Shown one piece after another: positions 19,534-27,601 of a stretch of 64,000 nucleotides of DNA (its first letter is position 1; every line of letters begins with the position of its first letter). Origin of the DNA: Tidjanibacter sp. (GTDB taxonomy: Bacteria; Bacteroidota; Bacteroidia; Bacteroidales; Rikenellaceae); assembly GCA_045132795.1 (NCBI GenBank), contig JBGUSZ010000094.1, positions 2,338 to 66,337 of the forward strand, read 5' to 3'. Under the pieces are notes generated by a model. It saw only the letters and a program-made list of their open reading frames with translations, ran no database searches and was not told the DNA's origin. A program made the translations under genes and the position numbers.

Positions 19534-19974
19534 ATGGGATATAAGGAAGACAAACAGTTTCAACTCGACGACCGCTATATGCGTATGGCAAGGGTGTGGG
19601 CCGAAAACTCATACTGTATTCGCCGCCAGGTGGGTGCACTCATCGTTAAGGACAAGATGATTATCTCGGACGGTTACAATGGTACCCCGTCGGGCTTTGA
19701 GAACATTTGTGAGGACGAGGGCGGTGTAACCAAACCTTATGTTCTCCACGCTGAGGCTAATGCGATAACCAAACTCGCCAAGAGCCACAATAGCGGTAAT
19801 AACAGTACACTCTATGTTACCGCTTCGCCCTGTATGGAGTGTTCAAAATTGATTATCCAATCGGGCATAAAAAGGGTTGTGTATAGCGACCTCTACCACA
19901 ATACCGACGGAGTGGACCTTTTGAAGAGGAGTGGTATTGAGGTTGTTCAACACACGGTAGAAAACAGCAAATAA
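19534..19974 (+). CDS. Deoxycytidylate (dCMP) deaminase, ComEB family
   Basis: Zinc-binding cytidine-deaminase motifs HAEANAI and PCMECSKLI. 146 aa. Confidence 0.9.
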   Translation: MGYKEDKQFQLDDRYMRMARVWAENSYCIRRQVGALIVKDKMIISDGYNGTPSGFENICEDEGGVTKPYVLHAEANAITKLAKSHNSGNNSTLYVTASPCMECSKLIIQSGIKRVVYSDLYHNTDGVDLLKRSGIEVVQHTVENSK

Positions 19975-19976
19975 CC

Positions 19977-20032
19977 GAATTGAAGTTGAAAATCCGCATC
20001 GAAGATGCACCACAATTTTCCACTTTCAATTT
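19977..20032 (+). terminator. Long imperfect hairpin built from heptad repeats, after the dCMP deaminase gene
   Basis: Arms GAATTGAAGTTGAAAAT and ATTTTCCACTTTCAATTT pair over about 16 bp with one mismatch and one bulge. They enclose GCATC gaa GATGC and are followed by a T-rich TTCAATTTG. Confidence 0.55.
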
Positions 20033-20085
20033 TCAATTTGACAAGTCGTTAGACTTTCGACATTAGACGTTAGACAAAAAGATAT

Positions 20086-21513
20086 ATGGCACAAGTAATT
20101 CCGACAGAACTCGGAACGGAGAGTATTGGAAGGTTGTTGCGCAAGTATGCCATTCCGGCAATTATTGCAATGACCGCCTCTTCGTTGTATAATATGATTG
20201 ACAGCATCTTCATCGGTCAGGGTGTGGGCCCGCTGGCCATTTCGGGCCTTGCGGTAACCTTCCCGCTGATGAATATTTCGGCAGCCTTCGGCTCGTTGGT
20301 AGGCGTGGGTGCTTCGGCCATTGTGTCGATGTTGCTGGGCCAAAAGAACTATGGCGTGGCCCGCAAGGTGTTGGGCAATGTGATGACGATGAATGTGGTG
20401 CTGGGCGTGTTGCTGATGTTCTTCGGCTTGCTCTTTTTGGACCCCATTCTGTACTTCTTTGGTGCGAGCGAGAATATCATCAGCTACGCAAGGGAGTATA
20501 TGATTTACATCTTGCTGGGTAATGTTATCACCCACCTCTACCTCGGCCTTAATGCCGTGTTGAGGGCTGCGGGTAGGCCAAAGGTGGCAATGTGGCTCAC
20601 CATTCTGACTGTGGTGTTGAACGCCATCTTGGACCCACTGTTCATCTTTGTTTTCGACATGGGCATCAAGGGTGCGGCCATCGCCACAGTGTTGGCACAA
20701 ACGGTGTCGCTGGTGTGGCAGCTGCGCTTGCTTACAAACAAGAATGAGGTGCTGCATTTTGAGAACGGCAAGGTCTTTACCTACGACCGTAAGATTGCCC
20801 GTGAGTCGCTCAAAATTGGCCTTTCGCCCTTCTTGATGAATATGGCTTCGTGCTTTGTGGTGCTGTTGATTAACAACCAGCTGCGCCGCTATGGCGACCA
20901 GATGGGCGAGGGCGTGGGAGATATTGCCATCGGAGCCTATGGTATCGTCAACCGCATCATCTTCCTCTTTGTGATGATTGTGATGGGCTTCAACCAAGGT
21001 ATGCAACCCATTGCCGGCTACAACTACGGTGCAGGCAACTATGACCGAGTGTTGAAGGTCTTTTGGCAAACCGTCGGGTGGGCTACGTTGTGCACCACGC
21101 TCGGCTTTATGGTTGGTGTGTTTGTGCCGGAGGTAGCCGTGAGGTTGTTTACCAGCGATGCGACAATGATTGATATCGCAGCAAATGGCTTTACCATTGC
21201 GGTTGTGGCATTCCCCATAGTGGGTATCGGTATGGTGGCCTCCAACTTCTTCCAGAGTATCGGTATGGCGGGTAAGGCCATCTTCCTGTCGCTCTCACGC
21301 CAGGTGCTGTTCCTCATTCCGTGTTTGGTGGTGGTGCCTCTGTTCTTCGACATCAAGGGCGTGTGGATGGCATTGCCCATCTCGGATGCCATCTCGTCGG
21401 TCGTTTCGGTGGTGTTGATTTTGGGCCTTATTCGCAAGTTCAAACAGAGCCCCCAGACCATCGGCTTCAAGGGAGTTGAGGGTGTTGAAAGTGAAAACCA
21501 AACAAAGGAGTAG
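20086..21513 (+). CDS. MATE-family efflux transporter
   Basis: 475 aa with about 12 TM segments. The N-terminus IGRLLRKYAIPAIIAMTASSLYNMIDSIFIG is typical of MATE/NorM. Confidence 0.92.
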   Translation: MAQVIPTELGTESIGRLLRKYAIPAIIAMTASSLYNMIDSIFIGQGVGPLAISGLAVTFPLMNISAAFGSLVGVGASAIVSMLLGQKNYGVARKVLGNVMTMNVVLGVLLMFFGLLFLDPILYFFGASENIISYAREYMIYILLGNVITHLYLGLNAVLRAAGRPKVAMWLTILTVVLNAILDPLFIFVFDMGIKGAAIATVLAQTVSLVWQLRLLTNKNEVLHFENGKVFTYDRKIARESLKIGLSPFLMNMASCFVVLLINNQLRRYGDQMGEGVGDIAIGAYGIVNRIIFLFVMIVMGFNQGMQPIAGYNYGAGNYDRVLKVFWQTVGWATLCTTLGFMVGVFVPEVAVRLFTSDATMIDIAANGFTIAVVAFPIVGIGMVASNFFQSIGMAGKAIFLSLSRQVLFLIPCLVVVPLFFDIKGVWMALPISDAISSVVSVVLILGLIRKFKQSPQTIGFKGVEGVESENQTKE

Positions 21514-21515
21514 AT

Positions 21516-22124
21516 ATGGAGAAAAAACTTGTTGTTACCATAGGCCGCCAACTTGGTAGTGGCGGTAAGGCTGTGGCCGAAATGCTTGGTGCAAAACTCG
21601 GAGTGCCTGTCTATGACAAGCAGATTATCAACGAGGCGGCCAAAGAGAGCGGCCTGCTACCGTCCGTGTTTGAACAAGCGGACGAGAAGGAGAGCAAGAT
21701 GCGCCCGATGGGGTGGAACACTTGGGGCCTCAATTCGCAGGTCTATTCCGGATATATAAACAACGACACGCTGTTTGGCATCCAGAGCCAAACCATTGAG
21801 CACCTCGCACAGCAGGGCTCGTGTGTGATTGTGGGTAGGTGTGCCGACTATGTGCTGCGAGATGTGGAGGGTGTGTTGAGGGTGTTCATTACGGCCAACG
21901 AGGATGACCGCATCGCACGCATCTGTGAGTGTAGGGGCGTGAGCCAGAAGGAGGCTGCGCAGTGTATTGCCAACACCGAAAAACGCCGCTCGGCCTACTA
22001 CAACTACTACACCTTCCAGACCTGGGGTTCGGCCGAGAGCTACGACCTCTGCCTCAACTCCTCGCTGTTGGGCGTGGAGGGTTGCGTGGAGGTTATACTT
22101 GCCACGCTCGGCAGGCTCGGATGA
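21516..22124 (+). CDS. Cytidylate kinase-like family protein
   Basis: 202 aa. P-loop-like IGRQLGSGG. The overall pattern matches the Bacteroidetes cytidylate-kinase-like family. It starts 3 nt after the MATE stop. Confidence 0.78.
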   Translation: MEKKLVVTIGRQLGSGGKAVAEMLGAKLGVPVYDKQIINEAAKESGLLPSVFEQADEKESKMRPMGWNTWGLNSQVYSGYINNDTLFGIQSQTIEHLAQQGSCVIVGRCADYVLRDVEGVLRVFITANEDDRIARICECRGVSQKEAAQCIANTEKRRSAYYNYYTFQTWGSAESYDLCLNSSLLGVEGCVEVILATLGRLG

Positions 22125-22161
22125 GCAAACGGTTAAGCTGTCGCCTTGATGTTAATTCACT

Positions 22162-22210
22162 ACTCACGCCACTTTCCATCTTGCAATGGGAGTGGCGTGA
22201 GTGGGTTTTG
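22162..22210 (+). terminator. Intrinsic terminator after the cytidylate kinase-like gene
   Basis: 12-bp stem ACTCACGCCACT / AGTGGCGTGAGT with an inner CCAT/ATGG stem, followed by GGGTTTTGG. Confidence 0.65.
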
Positions 22211-22330
22211 GCAAAAAAAGTTTGGTGGGTGTGTTACAAAATCTGCGCTCAAACGTCTTATGGTTGAACGAGGAAAATTGAGCCCCCCTGCCGACAACAA
22301 ACCGAAAATACAAAACCCAACACAAAAGCA

Positions 22331-22828
22331 ATGACCTCCAAAGAGTTCCACAGTCAAATACTCCCCCTCGGCGACAAGATGTATCGCTTGGCACGAGCCA
22401 TTGTGGGAGAGGGTGGTGCAGGAGATGTGGTGCAGGATGTGATGGAACGCTTGTGGCGAGGCAGAGAGGGTTTGAGGCCCAACAACTGCGAGGCCTTTGT
22501 GATGCGCTCGGTGCGCAACCGCTCGCTCGATGTGGTCGGGTGCGAGAAGTTGAGGAGTGACAAAAGAGAGTCGGTGGCCTATGAACTCTACACGACAAGC
22601 ACCTCGCCCGAAGAGAACTTTGACCTGAGGGAAATTGCCGGTCGCATCATAGCCACACTACCGGAACAGCAACAAACAATCCTTCACCTGAGGGATGTCG
22701 AGGGCTACGAGTTCAACACCATTGCCGAGGTGGTTGGTATGGAGGTGGGCACTGTGAGGGTAAACCTCTCCCGGGCACGCCGAGAGGTCAAGGAGCAACT
22801 ACAACGAATTGTGAACTACGGCCTCTGA
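22331..22828 (+). CDS. ECF-type RNA polymerase sigma-70 factor
   Basis: 165 aa. Region 2 (DVVQDVMERLW) and a region 4 HTH (EGYEFNTIAEVVGMEVGTVRVNLSRARREV). Confidence 0.9.
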   Translation: MTSKEFHSQILPLGDKMYRLARAIVGEGGAGDVVQDVMERLWRGREGLRPNNCEAFVMRSVRNRSLDVVGCEKLRSDKRESVAYELYTTSTSPEENFDLREIAGRIIATLPEQQQTILHLRDVEGYEFNTIAEVVGMEVGTVRVNLSRARREVKEQLQRIVNYGL

Positions 22829-22879
22829 GGAAACAAACAATAGAGGTGTGATAAGAGAAAACTAATAGACGAGGGATGT

Positions 22880-23386
22880 ATGAAAGTCAACAAAGGGAAC
22901 ATAGAAGAGTTGGTGGAAAAGTGGCTCGATGGAGCGACCTCGCTCGAAGAGGAGCGTGCCCTTGAAGGCTATTTTGCCGATGGGGGCGAGGTGCCTGCTC
23001 ACCTTGCTTGGGCTGCTCCTTTGTTTGCGCGCAACGTCGCCGAACGCAGTGCACGCACCCCCTCTCGCCCTCAAAAACGAACCTTGCGCCCCACATTACG
23101 ATATGGACTTGTGGCCACCATATCTGTTGCCGCGGCCATAGCGGTTGGACTCTTTGTTACCACCCGCCATCCGGACACAACCACCCCGTGTGCCTACATA
23201 AATGGCGAAAAGGTGTGCGATAGGGCTGTCGTGATGGCGGTTGCGACTCCCGTGTTTGAACAATTAAGCCAATCACTGCAACTAATAAACAAAGTTTATG
23301 ACGGACTCTCCACGGTTAAGAGCTCGACCGAGAAGACCGCCGAACTGCTAAATAAGTATAACATCGAAAAACTCTTACAACAATGA
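22880..23386 (+). CDS. Putative membrane-anchored anti-sigma factor
   Basis: Position immediately after the ECF sigma gene. It has one TM segment (YGLVATISVAAAIAVGLFV). There is no recognisable enzymatic motif, so the call rests on context. Confidence 0.5.
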   Translation: MKVNKGNIEELVEKWLDGATSLEEERALEGYFADGGEVPAHLAWAAPLFARNVAERSARTPSRPQKRTLRPTLRYGLVATISVAAAIAVGLFVTTRHPDTTTPCAYINGEKVCDRAVVMAVATPVFEQLSQSLQLINKVYDGLSTVKSSTEKTAELLNKYNIEKLLQQ

Positions 23387-23838
23387 AACAGACACTCCTT
23401 ACACTATTTTCGGTCTTTCTGGTAGCACTTTGCCCGGCCGAGGCCCAATCAACCCCTATGACAGTTGAGCGTATCTACGAAAAATATGGCGAGCGCGACA
23501 ACATCGTAACGATGAACATACCCGGCGAAATGCTCTCTGAGAAGGGGACTGAGGTGACCAATATAACACAATTCATAATGATTGTGAGCGAGGCTCCGCT
23601 TGCCGATTTTGCCGCGGATGTCGATGCTCTCATCAAAGATGGCAAGTTTCAATCGCTGATGAGTGTCAATAACGAAGGCAATAGGGTGGGTTTTTATTTG
23701 AGCAAAAACAAAGATGAGTTCCTGATGGTCGTCCATAGCGCAGAAGGGGGTACTGTGCTGATGTGTGCACAGGGAGAGGACTTGAAGATGCAGGATATGA
23801 TGGCACTCAGCAAGAGCGCCATCAACTTGGGAATGTAG
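23383..23838 (+). CDS. DUF4252-like secreted protein
   Basis: ATGA overlap with the preceding gene. Signal peptide present. ERIYEKYGERDNIVTMNIPGEML resembles DUF4252 proteins, which commonly follow ECF sigma/anti-sigma pairs in Bacteroidetes. Confidence 0.7.
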   Translation: MKQTLLTLFSVFLVALCPAEAQSTPMTVERIYEKYGERDNIVTMNIPGEMLSEKGTEVTNITQFIMIVSEAPLADFAADVDALIKDGKFQSLMSVNNEGNRVGFYLSKNKDEFLMVVHSAEGGTVLMCAQGEDLKMQDMMALSKSAINLGM

Positions 23839-23894
23839 CTGCTGCTCTTGGTGGCCCCAACCCACACAGATAATAAGTAACAATTTTAGGATAA

Positions 23895-23982
23895 ATGTGT
23901 GCGTGCGCTCGCGATACGTGGGCGCACGCTCGCGTATATGCGTGCGCGCATATACGTACGAGCATGCGCGCACGCACACGCG
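23895..23982. repeat. GC-rich alternating purine-pyrimidine tract with nested inverted and direct repeats
   Basis: IR1 is GCGTGCGC (23901-08) / GCGCACGC (23922-29). IR2 is TGCGTGCGCGCAT (23939-51) / ATGCGCGCACGCA (23964-76), with a TACGTA palindrome in its loop. The direct repeat CGCTCGCG occurs at 23906 and 23927. Confidence 0.85.
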
Positions 23983-24055
23983 AAGGAACACAAATGGGCA
24001 CCGTTGTTGTAGGGGCGTGTGAGTGGTGTGTTTTTGTGTTTTGAAAAAATGTTTC

Positions 24056-24063
24056 TATATTTG
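24056..24063 (+). promoter_or_regulatory. Candidate -7 box TATATTTG for the acyltransferase gene
   Basis: Exact TAnnTTTG match 39 nt upstream of the ATG at 24102. Confidence 0.4.
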
Positions 24064-24101
24064 CAATATAGGGAGAAATATGTTTAACCAAAATTGAACC
24101 C

Positions 24102-25568
24102 ATGACAAAGGAGCTTTCACCTCGCAAGCCGGGTATTCCTGCCAAAATTTTCAGGGGATATCTGAAAGTTTTGCACGACAAGTTATACTACCGTCGCATC
24201 TATGTTGAGGGCCGTGAGCGTATGCCGGCTGATGGTACACCAACCGTTGCCGTGTCGCAACACCAGAACTGTTTGAATGACCCCCTGCTGTTGGGCTTTG
24301 CTCTCTCTGACCGCAAACCTCGTTTTCTTGCAAGGGCTAACGTATTCAAAAATCCCATTTTCAATTGGGCCATTCGTGGCTTGGGTGCACTGCCCGCCTA
24401 CCGTATGAAATATGACGGCTATGCTGCTGTGGGCAAAAACCAGCAGACCTTTCAAGAGGTTGCTTATGCACTGCGCAGGGGCGAAACCGTAATCCTCTAT
24501 CCCGAAGCAGGACACCAAGACAAGCGTTGGCTCGGTAACTTTTCGCCTGCCTATATCAAAATGGCCTTCAATGCCGCCGAGGAGAGTGAGTTCCAGAGGG
24601 AGGTCTTTGTGATGCCCTCGGCACACCACTACTCTGTTTATTCCCACGCAAGGGAGGATGCTTTGATGATGTTCGGTGAGCCTATCTCGCTGAAACCATA
24701 CTATGAGCTCTACAAGGAGCAACCTCGTGTGGCCATCCGTGAGGTGAACGTCCTTGTGCGCCAGCAGATTGAGGAGATGATGCTCAACATCAACGACCTT
24801 GAACACTACGAGCAGGTTGACTTCTTGCGTGATGGTGTCTATGGCGAGCAGTATGCCAAGGCCCAAGGATTCGACCCCAAACACCTGCCCTCCAAACTTA
24901 AATCCGACAAAGAACTTGTCAGGATGTTGGAGGATGCAACAGTGGCAGAGCCGGAGAAGATGGAGAAGATTTACGAGAAGGTGAGGAAGTTTGCCAAGGG
25001 TGTAAGAAAACTCGGAGTGCGTGAGTGGCTCTTTGAGCAGAAACGCACGGGCTTGGGTGGTATTGTTGGTAGGGCACTGCTGTTGTTGCTCGGCCTTCCA
25101 CTCTTCATTGCCTGCTTCATTCCCACGTTTGCAATGTTTGTGTTGCCGGAGATTTTCCTCAAAACATTCATCAAGGACCGAATGTTCCGCTCTTCGGTGA
25201 GGGTGGGTGTGCTGTTGTTGATAGTCTTCCCGCTCTTTTGCATTATTCCTGTGATTGTGATGCTGTGCTGTGGTAATTGGATTTCGGCGTTGTGCTACTT
25301 GATTGCATACCCGCTGATGGCAATCTACTGCTACAACTACATCATCTACTACACCAAATATGTGGGCTACAACCGCTTTGTGAGGCCCAAAAATCGTGAT
25401 AAGGTGGAGAAGTTGCGTGCAATGAGGGAGGACATCTACCTCGAATTGGACAAGATTTTGGCTCGTCACGAGGAGAATGCCAAGAAAGCTGCCGCTATTC
25501 GTGCGGAGATTGCCGCTGCCAAAGAGGCCGCTGCACAAGCCGCCGAAACGCAGGCCGCCATCGAGTAG
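24102..25568 (+). CDS. PlsC-like acyltransferase with C-terminal membrane domain
   Basis: The N-terminal half resembles 1-acyl-sn-glycerol-3-phosphate acyltransferases (VSQHQNCLNDP, YPEAGH). The C-terminal half has several TM segments and an Ala/Glu-rich tail. Confidence 0.75.
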   Translation: MTKELSPRKPGIPAKIFRGYLKVLHDKLYYRRIYVEGRERMPADGTPTVAVSQHQNCLNDPLLLGFALSDRKPRFLARANVFKNPIFNWAIRGLGALPAYRMKYDGYAAVGKNQQTFQEVAYALRRGETVILYPEAGHQDKRWLGNFSPAYIKMAFNAAEESEFQREVFVMPSAHHYSVYSHAREDALMMFGEPISLKPYYELYKEQPRVAIREVNVLVRQQIEEMMLNINDLEHYEQVDFLRDGVYGEQYAKAQGFDPKHLPSKLKSDKELVRMLEDATVAEPEKMEKIYEKVRKFAKGVRKLGVREWLFEQKRTGLGGIVGRALLLLLGLPLFIACFIPTFAMFVLPEIFLKTFIKDRMFRSSVRVGVLLLIVFPLFCIIPVIVMLCCGNWISALCYLIAYPLMAIYCYNYIIYYTKYVGYNRFVRPKNRDKVEKLRAMREDIYLELDKILARHEENAKKAAAIRAEIAAAKEAAAQAAETQAAIE

Positions 25569-25599
25569 GTGCGCGAAAAGTATTTTGTGGACACACATC

Positions 25600-25641
25600 A
25601 AACGCATAACGGCCCCCGAGATTGGGAGCCGTTATGCGTTT
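25600..25641. terminator. Shared terminator between convergent genes
   Basis: 14-bp stem AAACGCATAACGGC / GCCGTTATGCGTTT, followed by TTATTT on the plus strand. Confidence 0.7.
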
Positions 25642-25690
25642 TATTTGAGGCCGTTTGTTTCGTGCAGCCCCCCCCCTTAACTTTTGTTTT

Positions 25691-26341
25691 CTACCAGAGC
25701 AAAAAGTAGAAACCGACTCTAAGAACGGAGTTGCGATTGTTGGGGATGATTACACTGGGGTCGCTTGTTGAAGTGGCCATACCGGTGTGGGTAGGGGTAA
25801 GTCCTCGGGTGTAGCGCACCTCAAAGCCCATATCTAATTCAGGAACAGCGAGCCACCTCAAACCTATCGTAGCACCAAAGTCCCAGGGGCGGAATTTGCT
25901 ACTTTCCAAGTATCCCTTGCCGCTATCCAAGATGACGTCGCCGGACTCCGAAAGGCACTCGTATGTATATGGGGCCGTCAGGAAACATCCTGCCTGTATG
26001 CCTGCAATGATTGTGAGGTTGTGTTTGGGCAAATTGAAGGTTCCCAACAGGGGGAAGTTAAGGTAGTTGTAGCTGTATGTGTATAAATTGTTGCCAATGG
26101 AGTGCATTGCACCCTGCTCCGACCACGCAACATCTACCTCCAAGCCAAGTTTATCGTTGAATTTGTAGCCCACGCCAATCTCGGAGAAGATACCAACATT
26201 GGAGCTAGAGTCATCCAAACCCACAAGAGAGGAGAAGTTCAGACCATCGTTGATGATGACTTCAAACTTTTGGCCCCACGCAGGTGTGTGAAACAAAATA
26301 GCACCCACAGCAAACAGCATTATCAGTGTAAATTTCTTCAT
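25691..26341 (-). CDS. Small outer-membrane beta-barrel (porin-family) protein
   Basis: 216 aa. Signal peptide ending AWGQ, alternating-hydrophobic strands, and a C-terminal aromatic ending VGFYFLLW. Confidence 0.78.
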   Translation of the reverse strand: MKKFTLIMLFAVGAILFHTPAWGQKFEVIINDGLNFSSLVGLDDSSSNVGIFSEIGVGYKFNDKLGLEVDVAWSEQGAMHSIGNNLYTYSYNYLNFPLLGTFNLPKHNLTIIAGIQAGCFLTAPYTYECLSESGDVILDSGKGYLESSKFRPWDFGATIGLRWLAVPELDMGFEVRYTRGLTPTHTGMATSTSDPSVIIPNNRNSVLRVGFYFLLW

Positions 26342-26371
26342 GTTTGATATGTTTTTAGGTTAAACTTTCCA

Positions 26372-26379
26372 CAAATGTA
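26372..26379 (-). promoter_or_regulatory. Candidate -7 box TACATTTG
   Basis: Plus strand caaatgta. It lies 31 nt upstream of the ATG at 26341. Confidence 0.35.
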
Positions 26380-26479
26380 TGCAAAAATTCCCGAAGATGT
26401 CCCCACTGTATGTGCTATTTTGACCAATAAGCCCTAATTCTTTAATCGCCATAGCCATACAATCCTCTCCAAAAACCAC

Positions 26480-26510
26480 AAAAAAAAGAGAAGTCCTCTC
26501 GAACTTCTCT
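26480..26510 (-). terminator. Intrinsic terminator after tRNA-Leu
   Basis: The minus strand reads AGAGAAGT tcgagagg ACTTCTCT followed by T8. Confidence 0.72.
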
Positions 26511-26515
26511 TCTCG

Positions 26516-26599
26516 TACCCGGAGCCGGGATCGAACCGGCACAGGGGTGAACCTATTGGTGTTTGAGACCAACGCGTCTACCAATTCCGCCATCCGGGC
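26516..26599 (-). tRNA. tRNA-Leu (anticodon CAA), long variable arm
   Basis: The reverse complement reads GCCCGGATGGCGGAATTGGTAGACGCGTTGGTCTCAAACACCAA...GCCGGTTCGATCCCGGCTCCGGGTA. The anticodon loop is CTCAAAC. The overlapping 91-aa ORF is a translation artefact. Confidence 0.93.
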
Positions 26600-26613
26600 C
26601 TCTTTTGAGTGCA

Positions 26614-26621
26614 CAAAGATA
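26614..26621 (-). promoter_or_regulatory. Candidate -7 box TATCTTTG for tRNA-Leu
   Basis: Plus strand caaagata. It lies 15 nt upstream of the mature tRNA 5' end. Confidence 0.45.
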
Positions 26622-26742
26622 CTGATAAAATTCAATATTCCAACTCCCCAACCTCATTTTTTCGAAAGAATAGTTGTTTTTTCGCCCACAATGTCACAAT
26701 AAATTCTCTCCGAAACAGCACACTTCCACTCAATAGGCACAC

Positions 26743-26773
26743 AAAAAGGGGAGTACCAAGTGGCGCTCCCCTT
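26743..26773 (-). terminator. Intrinsic terminator after the 26796-27434 gene
   Basis: The minus strand reads AAGGGGAG cgccacttggta CTCCCCTT followed by TTTGTGTG, with the T-run continuing directly from the stem. It lies 23 nt after the stop. Confidence 0.68.
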
Positions 26774-26795
26774 GTGTTACATCGAAAAAACTCCC

Positions 26796-27434
26796 CTAGA
26801 AGCGGAACGATGCGCCGAGGTTGAGGATTGCAAGGCCACCGCCAAGTTCGAGGTTGGCAGCAATCTTCTCTGTAAACCAATAGCGGGCACCCAGGCTGAT
26901 GCCCAAGCCGAGCTGTGCAGCGGTGGTGTTGGTCGATTCTACGGCCAAGTCTTCGCCATACTCACCCCACAATCTTGTGTTTTCAATAACCATACCCACG
27001 GAGATAGCAGCGTAGGTGTCGAGTTTCTTCACCTCCACGCCAAAAGCGCCAAGAACGTCATAGTGTACATAACCCTTGGCCGCAGCGCGGATGACGTTGA
27101 AAGTGTAGCCATACTCGGACTCAACCTCGCCAGTGATGATGTTTCCCCAGGTCATAAGGTCGATTGCATTGGTGTAGCCCAGCGAGCCGCCCACGCCAAT
27201 CGAGAGGCCCTCGATGTCAAAGGCGTTCTCCAACAAACCATACTCATACGAGAGTTCAATGGGAGGGAACTTGCTATCCCAGTCACCGGTGGGGAAAAAT
27301 ACGTTGCCCAAGCCGATGGTACCAGATACAATTTGGTCGCCCTTGTTAAGATAGGGGTTTGTTCCTTCGCCACTCTGTGCCGAAAGCGAGAAAGATGCAA
27401 CCAATGCAGCTGCCACGAGTAATAATTTCTTCAT
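26796..27434 (-). CDS. Small outer-membrane beta-barrel protein
   Basis: 212 aa. Signal peptide ending SAQ, Gly/aromatic-rich alternating strands, and a terminal LNLGASFRF beta-signal. Confidence 0.78.
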   Translation of the reverse strand: MKKLLLVAAALVASFSLSAQSGEGTNPYLNKGDQIVSGTIGLGNVFFPTGDWDSKFPPIELSYEYGLLENAFDIEGLSIGVGGSLGYTNAIDLMTWGNIITGEVESEYGYTFNVIRAAAKGYVHYDVLGAFGVEVKKLDTYAAISVGMVIENTRLWGEYGEDLAVESTNTTAAQLGLGISLGARYWFTEKIAANLELGGGLAILNLGASFRF

Positions 27435-27601
27435 AATGTTATAGGTTTTAGTTTGATAAATATGTCCTACAATCTAATTGTGCGCTCTCTTGTTGTGGCA
27501 AGTTACGAATAGTTTGTCAAACACCCAAAGAAACCCTCCGGAAAAATAGATTCAATGTGAAAATTCCACATAAGAGAGAAAAAATGTGCCTATGTTTTAT
27601 C

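Noticed and set aside
23449-24181. ORFs 23449-23991 and 23822-24181 (minus strand) spanning the alternating GC tract.
   Set aside because: Their translations (RVRARMLVRICAHAYTRACAHVSRAHAH...) simply reflect the repetitive RY sequence. The first also overlaps the DUF4252-like gene on the opposite strand.
25668-25676. A C9 homopolymer (G9 on the minus strand) 15 nt downstream of the stop of the 25691-26341 barrel gene.
   Set aside because: It lies in a 3' untranslated position next to a shared terminator. Length changes could not alter any reading frame or obvious promoter. It is noted only because it mirrors the G9 tract at 40588.
26360-26635. A 91-aa ORF on the minus strand containing MAELVDALVSNTNRFTPVPVRSRLRV.
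   Set aside because: It is the translation of the tRNA-Leu gene and its flanks. The tRNA fold is complete.
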